From assembly GCA_964304625.1 (NCBI GenBank), contig OZ199838.1:15552929-15616928 (forward strand): a stretch of 64,000 nucleotides of DNA, given 5' to 3'. This DNA is from Kudoa neothunni (Eukaryota > Animalia > Cnidaria). The notes beneath the pieces were generated by a model. That model saw nothing but the letters and a program-made list of their open reading frames with translations. It did no database searches and was not told the DNA's origin. This document shows positions 39,429 through 53,131 of the stretch, piece by piece. Position 1 is the first letter of the stretch. Each line of letters begins with the position of its first letter. The translations under genes and the position numbers were made by a program.

Positions 39429-39467
39429 CATCTATCCATCTATCCATCTATCCATCTATCTATCTAT
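39396..39467. repeat. (TCTA/TCCA)n microsatellite
   Basis: Directly visible tetranucleotide repeat. Confidence 0.95.
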
Positions 39468-39781
39468 GTAACTTATCGTGATATTAATGTTTTTCCAGTA
39501 AAAATACCTACAAGAAGAAAAAACTTATGAAATAATCTTTCAAAAATTAAATGGTTGGTAAATATTCAATTTATATTTAAAGGATTAATCGGTGCAATTG
39601 CATCCAATTTATTCGCCGAAAGTATTTGCCACGCTTTAAAATTACAAAAACTGTATAACATCTGTTTATACGCCGTAAAATCTTATTACACTGTTTATAA
39701 CAAAAACAATAAGGCGTAACACTTAAATTATTTTTTCGTATAAAGTTGTCACCCACTTCGTGAAAGTTCGCCGATCGAAGG

Positions 39782-40912
39782 ATGGACGAGCTGAGCTTCC
39801 CCCCTGTTGATCAAATTAAGTTTGACATTGAAACTCAGCTCGAGAATCAACTAATATTAAGACCGAATTTTGCCCCAGGATTAGACAGTATAAAGTTCGA
39901 CGTATTGGCTCTAAAATAACAAATTTCTCGCCAAATTAGAGGCTGGAAAACCTTATTGCAATTTGTTCGCTAAAAAAATGTGCCCAAGAGATGCACTTTG
40001 TCCTTTGAAACATTTTCGATTTGAGAAAACCTATGTATGTCGGCATTGGTTACGTGGTATGTGTCGAAAGGGTGATGATTGTGAATCCCTGCACGAATAT
40101 GACGAATCGAAAATGCCTCAATGTTATTTTTATCAAAAATATGGTATCCTATCCATATTACTTCTCACTGAATAATTTCGAACAATCTATTGCTCAATTT
40201 CTGTAGGACATTGTTCCAATGCTGAATGTCCTTTTATACACGCAGAAATGGAATCGTTACAACGTCCCTGCCCATACTATATGAGAGGATTTTGTAGTTC
40301 AGGTATTTTTAAATTTTATCCATTTTTTTCAACCAGCTCTCCTACATCAAGGTCCAAACTGCAAATTTAAACATGTCAAATTGACTATGTGTCCAAGATA
40401 TTTTCTTGGATTTTGTCCACAAGGTCCACATTGTGATTTGGGCCAGTATATTTTATAGTTTCGTTATATTTATTGTTTCAATTAAATCCACATTTAAACT
40501 CTAGTCCCAAATTCGAAACGATTCCATTCTCCGAAATCCAAACTCAACGACAAGCCTTATTGGTGTGTCACGCTTGTAATGAACCCGGCCACAAATCAAC
40601 TGCATGCCCGCTTGTACAAATGTACAAAGAGAAAGCCAAAGTAGACCCCCCCCCCCCCACTAATTTTATTGATATTGTTGAAAACCAACGTTAATCTTTT
40701 TGTGTAAGATGGAAGGAAATACTGAACTGGCTAATCTTCCCGCCGGTAAACGCCCTTTAGAGTTGGTTACGTGTTTCAAAGTAATTTTTTCCGTCATGAC
40801 TACAAACCTCCATTGAAAATTCTTTTAGTGTCGTGCTAGAGGTCATTACGCAAACAAATGTCCGTACAGTAGTTCCGAAGTTGCTAAGAGAGCCCAATCA
40901 ACAAATACATAA
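39782..40912 (+). CDS. CPSF4: CPSF30/Clipper: five CCCH fingers and two CCHC knuckles (spliced)
   Basis: IKFDIE, VCRHWLRGMCRKGDDCESLHEYDESKMPQCYFY, CHACNEPGHKSTAC and CFK/CRARGHYANKC. Confidence 0.95.
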
Positions 40913-40931
40913 ATTTTTATAAAAATATTTT

Positions 40932-41469
40932 TCATTGTAAACTGTGTTTTCCTCCGAGATTGTACATTCGAATACGTTCAATTAAGCCTTTTCTTATTCT
41001 AAAAGAGAAAATTTTAATATTAGTATTAATTGATGAATATTAAATCAATCATATTGATAATGAGAGGAGCATCATCAGCCCTAATGTACCTATATTGATA
41101 TACAGCTTTTGATGCGATTTTTGTTGTAACCATATAACCAGACAACACCATTGCTAACCAGAATAGAAGTGAATACATTAATTTCCATAGTAGTGACATT
41201 TGATCCGAACGGATGACATTTTTTATGTAGTATGTGAGGGCGAACAGCTTTATTATTAATATTACAAGAAATATGACTAACCGAATGGATTTAATTAAAC
41301 AAATACACATTCACAGTGTTACCGGTGTAAATTGAGGACGTATCCTTCATGTGATTTGACACTTGATCACATCGTTTAAGAAAGGTTTCGATATCCTTTT
41401 CTATTTGATAATAATTTTCTAATTGAAGTAATGTTGAAATATGAAATTACGTTCGTTCGTCTGACGCAT
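40932..41469 (-). CDS. Small two-TM protein, probable CNEP1R1/TMEM188 (Spo7-like) homolog (spliced)
   Basis: Splicing gives MRQTNEQKDIETFLKRC..., two hydrophobic segments and ...RIRKGLIERIRMYNL. This resembles CNEP1R1 (EQAEDLKAFERR...LAEYNM) in size and pattern. Confidence 0.5.
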
Positions 41470-41999
41470 TATGCTATGGGTAAAGGGTTGGTTGGTTGGT
41501 TGGTGTCAGCGCACATGAATTCGATTTGATCTATAATTTTGAAAATTCATCAATTTTCTAATATTGTTTTTAAATAAGTACTTTTTTATAAAAATATGTG
41601 AGGTTAAACAGTCTTTGGATATTTTATAACAAAAATGGAGTTTGCGTTGTCAACGATGTCCGATTGTTTTATGCTTAATATTAAAATGTCTAACACATCA
41701 AAAAACACTATAATAAAATCAGGCGTTTGTCGTGCATTTTAAGAAAAATGATAAACTAATAGATCTCGGCTTCATTGCGAGAAATCTTCAAATACATGCA
41801 CTTGTAGTTGGTGTAATACCTCATTTCAGTTTAAAATATCAACAGTTGAAGATCATTAAAGTTATAAATATTAATAATAATAACAACAATTATATTATTT
41901 TTGTTTTAAATTCTAAGATACATATCGATATTAAATCTAGAATGAACTTACCAAAAATATATAAAAATAAATATGCTTTCCAATCAAAAATATCAGAAA

Positions 42000-42857
42000 T
42001 ACGATTTTAGGCGTCAATCGCCATGCATACTCCTATTGTAACAGCGGACTATTTAGGAATTATTATGAAGCAAGTTATGTATACAAATAAAGACTGGTCA
42101 TATCTTGGAAAAGATTTAAATGTTCTGCTATCATCAACAATGTATATGAACTAATATGTACTTATTTTATTTTTATTCAAGGTAATATCAAAATTAATTA
42201 AGATAAAATCGATTATGGCTTTAAATTCATGGAATTAATTCCAAAATTGGATACTAAAATCCTAGCTAAGAGGTGTCTTGAACAAATATTAAGTGAATTA
42301 AACGCTAGGACTTTTAATTCATACGAACGAATAAAAAAGTTACTTCTTTTAAATCCAACCTACGTATTAAATCTCAATTTCATATGTTTCCAGATAATTC
42401 ATTTAAGAACGAATTCTCTGAGCAAGAATACAGGCTAATTAACGGAGTCAATTGGAATCAATTTTTAGGGGCGATGACGTCACAATGTTGAGTTCACTCG
42501 AATTTTGGAGTGAGGTTTCTGGACATAGTGATTTTAATTCAATTGAAAAATACTGCTTTTTACTTATTTTATTTACCCTAAGCAACGCTTCCATAGAGAG
42601 AATATTTTCATCTGCCAGAACTTTCAAGACTATCAGGAGAAATAAAATGTTGTGTTCGACATTGGATAGCCTGGTTCGAATGAGAGAATTTTTCAATACA
42701 TCAACTCGCTGTTTTTATAATTTTGATGTCATTGAAGCAATGTTAAATTTACATAACATCAATATGTATAATTATATTGTTTTGATAAATTGATCCATTT
42801 GTCCGATTTAGTCTGGAAAAAATTTTGCCCAATGTGCAATTAGGGTTGGCAGCGCTG
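42000..42857 (+). mobile_element. hAT transposon remnant (C-terminal dimerization domain and right terminus)
   Basis: FWSEV...LSNASIERIFSS...TIRRNKM...LDSLV; terminus TAGGGTTGGCAGCGCTG. Left end not located. Confidence 0.8.
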
Positions 42858-44162
42858 CAGACAGACAAAGGATTATATATAGATAATAAAAAAAATATAG
42901 ATTTTTTTTAATTTAATTATTTCTCATTTTTGATAATTTTATGAAGGATTTTCATCAGATTTTAGAAAATCATATGTGAGAGGAAATTATAATTGTTAAT
43001 TTTACACGATTTTTCAACGTTGAATAAATTTTTGCCTCCTTATTGATCACAAAAATTATCCGATTGGAAAGTAAAATAGAACGTATATTAAATAAGATGA
43101 TTTAATCGTTGAAATAAATGTTTTTTTGCTATAAAATATACATTAAACTTTCGATGTTAATAGGTTTTTATTTATCAACAGAATAAAGCTTAATGGGAAC
43201 GAATTGTTTATTTTCAATCGCCATCATGGATACAGATTCTAAAACAATCTATACCATGAGATATGTTGTATTTCAATAAAGTTTTATTATCACTTTGAAC
43301 TTAATTATTAACCTAAAAATTAAGAAAAATCCATTTTAATAATAACTTTTACTGTTGTAGTGAAAACTAATTAAGTCTATTGGAATTAAAATATTACTGC
43401 ATTATTTTTATAAAAAATAATATTAGAATCAAATATGAAAATTTATTAAAGTATTTTATAAATTTTGACGTGAATGGGTTCAGGTAAATAAAAAGAGTGA
43501 AAACAGTGTGGAAAAAGTAATTTACTTTTAATCTCATTCTATTAACAAGTCAAAAGGAAATCGATTCATTTCAGATATTTTAAAGAAATATTTGATATTG
43601 TCATTTAGCCATTTATAACATAAATTAAGGTTCTCAACAATCCTATGAACCTCCTAATTCGAAAATCAGAATGAGTAGCGTCTTTGGGAATTTCTTTTTG
43701 GCCACAATTAGTAATCACAAATTAAGTGTTTTCATTAATCTATTCGTAATTATTTGCGTTCAAAATATATTTATAGAGTTTGAAAAATGAAAATAATACA
43801 AAAAAGTGTCATATGCCACAAAATTTAAGGGAGTGAAAACTTTCTTGTAAATAGTCGTTAGTGGCCTCATCTACCGTAAAATTGGTTTTAAAAGAAAAAA
43901 TTAACGTTTATAAGAGATTCTATACTCGAACTAATGGATTCATTTTTTGCATTGACAGGATTAAATCTCGTTTTAACTTAAAATCACTCAAAAATGAATA
44001 AACATAAACAATAATCAGGTAATTATTCATCTGTTTTTTAGGTAGAACTTCAGAACATTTATAATTTATAATGGAAATACTAATTGCAAGAGTACTTTAA
44101 GTGAATAATCTGGTTTTTTAATGGTATAATCTTTTCTTATGTACATTAAAAACTGTTTTTAA

Positions 44163-47100
44163 TCTCCCGAGCGGTTGTGGGGTCCAATCGACCTCAATGG
44201 ATGTTTGAATCAATTTCAGAGAATTTTATAATACATCATTAAATTTAATGTCATATGAATTCTCTTGATAACATTATTTCTATTAAAATATTATAGAAAA
44301 TTGTAAATCGTGAATTAAATTCATAGCATAATCCTAATACTTGCATACACTTTCTTTTGAGGTCCAAAGGATTCCGCTTTTTTTGCCAGACAAGCCATCA
44401 AATAATCTGCAACAATTTTGAGGCTTAAATAAAGATTTACCGGGAGGAAGAAGGTATAAATTTAATAATAACACGAACGTTGAATACCGGTCATTACCTA
44501 CGAGGGAGTAATGTTTCTTAGAATGATTATGAATGTTAGTTTCGACTGATTTTCAGTCCGATTGTAATAAAGTTTATGTTAATCTTTGAGGGGTTGATTA
44601 GTCGTATTATTACGTTTTTAATGAAGATAATAATAGTGTTATTTGGTCTTCTGAGCAATCTCAAATATTTAAAAACCCTAAATAATATAATAAATATGAA
44701 AATATATAATAAATATGAAAATATATAATAAATATGAAAATATATAATAAATATGAAAATATATAATAAATATGAAAATATATAATAAATATGAAAATAT
44801 ATAATAAATATATAATAAATATGAAAATATATAATAAATATGAAAATATATAATAAATATAAAAATATATAATAAATATAAAAATATATAATAAATATGA
44901 AAATATATAATAAATATAAAAATATATAATAAATATGAAAATATATAATAAATATGAAAATATATAATAAATATGAAAATATATATGAAAATATATAATA
45001 AATATGAAAATATATAATAAATATAAAAATATATAATAAATATAAAATATATAATAAATATAAAAATATATAATAAATATAAAAATATATAATAAATATG
45101 AAAATATATAATAAATATGAAAATATATAATAAATATAAAAATATATAATAAATATGAAAATATATAATAAATATGAAAATATATAATAAATATGAAAAT
45201 ATATATGAAAATATATAATAAATATGAAAATATATAATAAATATGAAAATATATAATAAATATAAAAATATATAATAAATATGAAAATATATAATAAATA
45301 TAAAAATATATAATAAATATAAAAATATATAATAAATATGAAAATATATAATAAATATGAAAATATATAATAAATATAAAAATATATAATAAATATAAAA
45401 ATATATAATAAATATGAAAATATATATGAAAATATATAATAAATATGAAAATATATAATAAATATGAAAATATATAATAAATATAAAAATATATAATAAA
45501 TATGAAAATATATAATAAATATAAAAATATATAATAAATATAAAAATATATAATAAATATAAAAATATATAATAAATATATAATAAATATGAAAATATAT
45601 ATGAAAATATATAATAAATATGAAAATATATAATAAATATGAAAATATTCAGGTATAACTTCTTACGCTTCAAGCATAATCATTTCCTTAGTTAACACAT
45701 TCTTCATATTTTAATTTGAGACTTTTTTCTCAAATATTAACAACTTATTCAATTTTTAATCAACATAATTATTAAAAATATTTGACAAACAAAGAGTTAT
45801 TGGCTGATTTGGTAATCTTTTCCTATATGTCCTATTTTCAAATCAAAATCAGAATCTCTCAAATTGCTTTAAGTGTTGAAAACTGAAGGAATATTCTTCG
45901 AAAGATACTTTCATTAAAAAGATTTATTCAAAATTTGAGGGTTATTCATATTGATGATTTCGAAATGAGGGAAACTCGAAGAATCATGGATGAATTTTTC
46001 CAATTCGCCATATTTTTAAGAGTGGAAAATTGTTTTTCCAAACTTCTTATTTTGATGAGAATTTAAAAATTAAAGGGCAACTAGTTACTTTTGGAGAAAA
46101 ATGACCCCTTTAAGCAATATATGCGGTCAAAGCCAGCAGTGTGCAGAATTAACGTTTTTTCCCTCTACCGATCCCAAAACCAAGTCTATTCATATTTCGG
46201 TGTATATGAGTAAAATTTACAATGAACCGTCAGAAAATGTTAGGAAAGATATTTTTCTGGAGCGTTTGTGAGAATTAAAGGAAAGAGGGAGTAATACTAT
46301 TTGAAATAATTTCATCACGTCTGATCACCTTTCCCAAAAACTCTATTCGAGGAATGACAATGACTGTAACAATCCGAAATAATCAAAGAGATATTCCGGA
46401 ATATTCAAAAACGAATCCAAAACAGAAAGTTTTCGGCAACAAAAATTTTTTATAACAAAAACTAATAATCTCCTATGTTTATAAAAATAGTAACGCAGTT
46501 TTACTACCAACAACATCCTGTTTCAATACAAATGTTGAAGACACAGACCGAAAAATAACTGTGGTTATCCTGGGAATTCATCGTTATAAAACTGTTTTCT
46601 GTGATCAAAAATGTTTAATAATTAAGTTTCTAGAAGATCTTGCAAATAGGTTGACGAAGGATTATGCTCAGAGAAACACAAATCATGTTTATCAAAGTCA
46701 TATTCGCATCTACGAATTCCTTCGTTGTATGAGTAGATGCAGTTGCTGTTCAGGATCTTGAGACAAAAAATAGTTCTCTTTTTTGTTTTTGGACCAAACT
46801 GTCGTGAAAACTATTCAAAAGTTGTTTACATTATATATTCTAACAATAACTACTAAAATAATATAAATATATTCATATCTTGTTCTTTTTGAAACTTTGT
46901 GATTATGAGGTTTTTATGTGACATGATCACTAAGAAATTAATTAAAAAAGAAATGAAATTTAATGCTTTATTTAACTTTTGAATTGTTTCGACAATTATA
47001 GTAAACAGCCGGCAATATTATATTTTTGATATTTTTAAATATTTTATTGATATTTTTCTCTCATAATTTATTAAACTATTAATTAAATTTTTTCGTAATT

Positions 47101-47177
47101 CAGATTAAAAAAATTGTTGGATCTATTGAATCCCAAGAGAAGAAAGACGTAAAGTCGATTTTCAGATGTTTGGAAGA
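44163..47177 (+). mobile_element. Degenerate piggyBac element containing a minisatellite
   Basis: TTAA|TCTCCCGAGCG ... GTTTGGAAGA|TTAA. Remnants FKQYMRSKP (~46110) and NNFITSDHLSQKL...TIRNNQRDIP (~46300-46400). Confidence 0.7.
44680..45648. repeat. 19-bp AT-rich minisatellite (TAAATATRAAAATATATAA)n, about 50 units
   Basis: Directly visible period-19 tandem repeat with G/A variants and occasional shortened units. Confidence 0.97.
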
Positions 47178-47569
47178 TTAAAAAATATTCCCATATGTGA
47201 AAAGCGTATTATTTGGCACAGATAAACAGATTAGAGATTTTCTAGATATAAATTAAACATAGTTGTACTCTTTAAGGTCACTTTTAAATCCAAAAGAGGA
47301 TTTATAAAATAAAAATTACCTTCTGAGTGAATTAAAGTTAGAAAACTTTTTGGAATATTTATAAAAAAATCACGTCAATAATCTCTCGCAAACTACCTTT
47401 GAACGAAAAATTCCTGTCGTTGTAATTTAATCTCAAGCATTCCAACCACGTTATCATTTTAATTTTAATGCATAATATAAAACAATACACAAAAATATAC
47501 ATAAATATTAAAATTACATACAAATATTGTTATTCACGTATCTAAACAGAAAAATTACAAAAATGAATA

Positions 47570-48642
47570 TTAATCAACTTTAATACATTTGTGATTATAG
47601 AAAAATTCGTCAAATACAAGTTGATCATGTTTTCTTATTCCATGCATAAAAAAGAATGGTATTTTTTTCCTAACTAACTCAAAGCCTTTGGGTAAATTTG
47701 AATTGTAGATTGATTTAGAGCCGTAGTATTGATTATTTTTCATGGTTGTATTACAAAACTGTAACAGGTAACCAATGTTAGCATCACCGTTTTTTATATT
47801 TTCACGAGAACGAGAGGTTGAAACCAAACAATTCAATTTGGAAGATTTAATAAAGTATCCACCACCAGAACAATAAGGAGGGAAGAACCTGCTTGAAATA
47901 GCGTTTGATGGTTCGTAATTCTTGTGTCTTTTATCCCTTATGATCTTCATTCCTACATGTCTAAACACAAAATGTACAATTAATTATTTTTCTGTAATAC
48001 TCCACGTCAATATTACAGCAATCCTTCGTAATCCACGTTAGTATTTATCATACTTTTCAGATATTTTAGATATTTGGTTATTGAAACATAAATATCATCA
48101 TCTGTCTTTACAATATATTTCAAAGAAGTTTTATTTACCGAATTTATTTCCTTTAGAGATGCTATGAGTTTCGCCCCAACATTGGAATATTTTTCCTGTA
48201 TATTGTTATGTATAAGAAGATCATTATACAGTCGATTTTCGTGTTTAGTTCGATTTGATATTTTTTCGTTTTTGTATCCAACTTGAAAATATACCACATA
48301 AGACATAGTATCAGAAAATCTTTTCCATGAATAATGAGACCATACTGCACGAATGGCACATCTTGAATCGTAATCATCAACTTTTGAGTCTACCAGTATT
48401 ATAACTTCAGGATCGTATATCACTATTGGAGAGAGGTCATGAGAGATGAAATTTGGAATCATGTTCAAACATTCAGAATATTTCTCCTTAGCATTGAAAA
48501 AATACATTCGGCCATCGACTCTTTGAGTTAAGGATGTTTTCCAATAATCAATTTGGATCATTCTGGGATGTGTATACAGAATAATCAATACTGTCACTAT
48601 AAGCAATACAAAAAAAGCAAATTTCTTTTTTTCATTACGCAT
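47570..48642 (-). CDS. GT31 beta-1,3-galactosyltransferase-like glycosyltransferase (2 exons, intron ~47962-48016)
   Basis: N-terminal signal anchor, RCAIRAVW, KTDDDIYV and PPYCSGGGY. Confidence 0.9.
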
Positions 48643-51600
48643 CGTAATTTTAATCTTATTTCGTAAACAAGGGGGATAATATCCTATAATGGTTTAAATC
48701 GTCTTAAAGGATTAGCAAACAATCTTTTACCCAGTTTTTCTCCAACGTGGGTCGAAACAAAGTTTTCAAAATAAAAATGAATGTTGCTAGTGGGACTTGG
48801 ATAACCTTGAATGAAGGTGAGAGAATGATAGGTACAATTAACCATAAGCATGGTCCATCTCGTTTTTTTCGTGATGTTTATAATATAAAATAGAGTGCTG
48901 AGAGAGTTAACATCGTTTATCAAAATTTATTTTTTTAATTGTGTTTTATTCTTGATCTAAACCAGAATTTCCCTAATGGATGTACTGGCACACCAAAGGG
49001 CGCATAAAACGAGTTCATTAGAGCAATGGTTATTTTTTATATTATTATGATTAAATTTTAACCGATATTATTCTTCGAAACAAATGAAAAAATAGGCGAT
49101 ATGTGATTATTCTAGGTGTTTAATGTAGGAATGATAAATTTTAAATTATAGACAGCAAATGAAAATGTTTAGCTGTGAATAATATTTCTCAATATTGATA
49201 TAAGCTAAATTCGAAAAAATTGGAAAACGCGTAATATCCATTTTGTTTTCCTTAACGTCCTTAATCCATCTATTTCCCAATGGATAAGATATGACAAATA
49301 AAAATTTATCGTGGTTAATGAAACTTTTAACATAGTTTTGATAAACATGTTAATATAAATCACATTTTCTTAACATGCTTACCCTTACTATATATTCCAT
49401 TGAATATTTATAGAAATAAAGCATATATCACTTTAGTATTGTTATAAGTAGATTTTCAATGTTTAATACGTCGATAGTCGATACGCGTGTTTGATGCTTA
49501 AAATATGTTGACATTTTTGGAAAAAATGCATCTTGTTTACCACACATTGCATTGATACTGAACACTTATCATTGGATAAAATACATTTATTCAATAAAAT
49601 CACAATTTTAAAACTGAAAATAGAATTATTCACAAATTAATAATAACTATCGTGTGCATGCAGTGTAACGATGGAAGTCGCCAGCCTTAAACATGTCAGG
49701 GGATTAGTGGTTTGTAAAATCGTTTCAAACTAAATTAAAATTTATTGCACACCACTAATTGAACATTATTTTATTTTTGAAACATTAAAGAGTTCATTAA
49801 AAATGTTATATAGGAGTAATTGCGCGCGCTATATTAATGTTTTCGGGACGAAATTATTTATTTAATTTCATTGAAAATCGACAATTGTTAAAAACATACT
49901 ATTTCTTTTCCACCAATATATAAAAACTATGTTAAAATTGTTATAAAAAACCCAAGAGCTGGCAAATACTTAAAGAGTTAAAAACAAAATTAGAAAGGGA
50001 TTGTTTAGTAAACAAATTTGTTTTATCTAATTTAACATTCCCCCCAATAAGTTAAATGATTATATTAAGTAATAAATATATAATTTCAAGTTAAATTGAA
50101 TAATTAACTAATCTATCATGCTCTTTAAAACCTATAAAATTAGTTTGTAAACGATTTTGATATTATTTTTTAATTTAATGACACTAAGACAAAACAAAAT
50201 TGACTTAAAAAAATTCACGAACTACAAAATTGAAAACGAATTTCATTTAATTATTTTTGAATTTAATTAAATTTTTAATTCACAGGTAAAACAAAAAATG
50301 CCAATAATTATGTGTTATGCACGCGCATCAACAATCTTCTAACAATGAATATTGAATATTTGGTTTCAAATAAAGTATTTTAGTTTGATTGAATTAATGC
50401 TACATTTAAAATCAATTATTTATAGACGTCGAAATTTTGAATGTTTGCAGTAATGTGCATATTAGATTTTATTTTGTATGTGATAGTTATCAATAAAAAC
50501 GATCGTGTCCTTTTATTTTTTAATATAACGATATGTCAGTATATTAACCAATAACACATTGATTAGAGGATGAAGTTGACAAGGAAGAATATTTTTATTT
50601 ACGGATGTACGTTATGTGAGTTAAATCCCTTTTGTAATCACTGTAACCTGTAATGCAGTGTTTTCCATCTGTAAAGCGTGGGAAACTTTTGGTAGAGTAT
50701 GGGAATTTTTGGGCGCTTAATGAACGGTTCTTGTGAGACACTGGAAATCCTGAGCTTTAATGTGACCGAAATAGTGAGATAATTGGGTGATGTGACGCAT
50801 TCTGAAATCAATACCTCGATTCTCACTCTCGTTTATTTTTAAATGACTATTAATATTATAAAACAATATCAAAAGAAATGATTTATCGTATAAGAAGAAA
50901 TAATAACAATTAAAGTCGTCTTTACTTGAATAAAATCGGAATGGTTTTAATCCTAGCCTTATTTCATTTATAAACGTGATCTCCTTTTATTTTTGATTTA
51001 ATCTAATATAGTATTGAATAATTTTCTGTTTACATTATTTATTTTCGATTTATAAGCTCGATACATATAAAAGTCCTGCCTAATGAAGGTTGGATTATCA
51101 CGAGTTTCATTTATTTTACGGTGTTTTTGACTATGTGATGAATTAAAAATGTTGGTTTTTAAAGTTTTTCGATAAATCAAGTTATTTCAGATAAAATAAA
51201 TCATAATTTCAACTAGAAAATACATATATGTTAATCGTCTTAAAATTATATGTGATGTGTTATTAAACACATTAGAATCTCCACCCATTTATGCGTTTAT
51301 GCGTTTATGCGTATAAGTGAAAATGCACGCTATAATTAAAAATGATTCATAAGAATTAATTAAATACGATAATTCTTCCACACACAACTGTACGCTTAAT
51401 TTATTTTTTTACGTATTTTTTAGATAAAAGTAGTTCATTAACATCAGTTTGTTAGAATAACTTATTATTCTAAAAATATAATAATAATTAAATTATTATA
51501 TTTAAAGCTATTAAAATTAAAATTATTAATAAGGGATAATTGTCTGGTTAATTAATTCGAATTTAAAATTACATTCCAGGTAAAACTTATATATATATAT

Positions 51601-52449
51601 ATATATTTAAACGTATTTATAATTAGAGGCCATATTTTAACAAATAAATCATATGTATGGTTAAATTTGATGTTATATATAATATAAAAACGCGGATGGC
51701 ACATGGTAGTAACGTTATTTTAATCCATCCAAAAATGTAAATTAATTACTGTTATGTCTATAAAGCCTGGCGCGAGATACGATATAAAGAGACCAACACA
51801 ATAAATGACAATAATCGAATATAATAAGCACGCTATCCCTTAATATTATATAGTTGGGATATCACACTGATCGTGATATTATAAAGGGAATACTTCCAAT
51901 ATACACATAATAATTACCAAGTTCTTTAAATTTGATAAATGGGAAATTAACATAAAAAAATACTCGGTTCAGACGCTAGTTTAGGTATATTTAGTATCAT
52001 GTAATTATTCTAGCTAAATATAAAATTCCTGATGTTCCACTAATATTGGCATATATTGCTCATATTTTCCAATATCTAAACGAATTAAATTATTTTATTA
52101 AAGAAAAATAATAAATATCATAACTGACTGTAATTATCTCACGAATAGTTAACGTAATGGAGTGCGCAAATAAAAATAAAATATTTTTTAAACATTTATT
52201 CTGGTTTTCCAATAAAATCATAATAAACGTACCAAATATTATGAATTTTACCCACAAAAAATTCCAATAAATCGTTTTCCTATGTATTCATGTAATTATT
52301 ATTGACAATGAAAAACCATAGTACGAAGGGACGAAGGTACGAAGAAATTAATCTTTTTTCACAACCAAGAAAATATAATGCACATGCAAAAAATACAAAT
52401 TTTATTATCATTTACTGTGGCACAAAAAACATATCCTTAAAATAATATG

Positions 52450-52890
52450 TATCACATAGCAATCAACGAGGATATTTTTAGCCAAACAGACAAATCAGTG
52501 ACAAATGGCGGAGTTTCCGTTGAGTATCGCCAATCGAGGAACTCATTGGATATGGTTTTAATATTGATAACATTTTGTTTTGGTGAATTAACACACACAA
52601 CTAAATAATCAAAATACGTGTTACACCATCACTTATATAGCTTTAAAGAATCTGCCCAATTACTTGCATATTTTTCTGGCAAATCGTCCCCCAATTTATA
52701 CTTACGACCGAAAATAGGGCGTCCATGTAGTACCATTGATACAGAATCTAATTTTATTGAAAGAAATATAACAAATTTTTTAACAAAAATCATATCCACC
52801 TGTATTTTTATCATTTGTTTTAATTGTACTATTATCGAAAAAATTCTCATCTTGTGATCCATCAAATTCTTTTCCTACACTAAATGGCAT
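52450..52890 (-). CDS. Small spliced gene of unknown function, head-to-head with EBP2
   Basis: MPFSVGKEFDGSQDENFFDN, a GT-AG intron, then SVSMVLHGRPIFGRKYKLGDDLPEKYASNWADSLKLY. 3' end uncertain. Confidence 0.4.
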
Positions 52891-53131
52891 ATGATGAGGG
52901 ACGATATGTTTAGTGTAGGAGGTTGATTGGAAGCGACACGTTTTACACTCCATTTTAATGAGCGCGCAACTTCGCAGAAAATTATATATTAGCTGTTCTA
53001 ATTTTAAAAATCATAAAAAAGCTCTCATTTTATATTTTACATTTTAAATAAAGGTCAAAATAGTTCAATCACAACATACCGATTATGTCCGAAGAATACC
53101 GGCACACATTGAGACTGTTTAGTTGTGTAGA

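Noticed and set aside
44678-45673. 331-aa hydrophobic ORF, or a CRISPR-like array
   Set aside because: It is the translation of a 19-bp tandem minisatellite, with no unique spacers and no cas genes, in a eukaryotic context.
50640-50655. CTGTAACCTGTAA as a telomerase-RNA template (1.9 copies of a 7-mer)
   Set aside because: It does not match the usual animal TTAGGG repeat, I found no convincing pseudoknot, and there is no telomeric sequence in the window to test it.
12879-51606. Scattered (TA)n, (TTG)n and (TAAT)n microsatellites
   Set aside because: These are ordinary simple repeats in AT-rich DNA; the poly-Leu ORF at 37372 is an intronic (TTG)n artefact.
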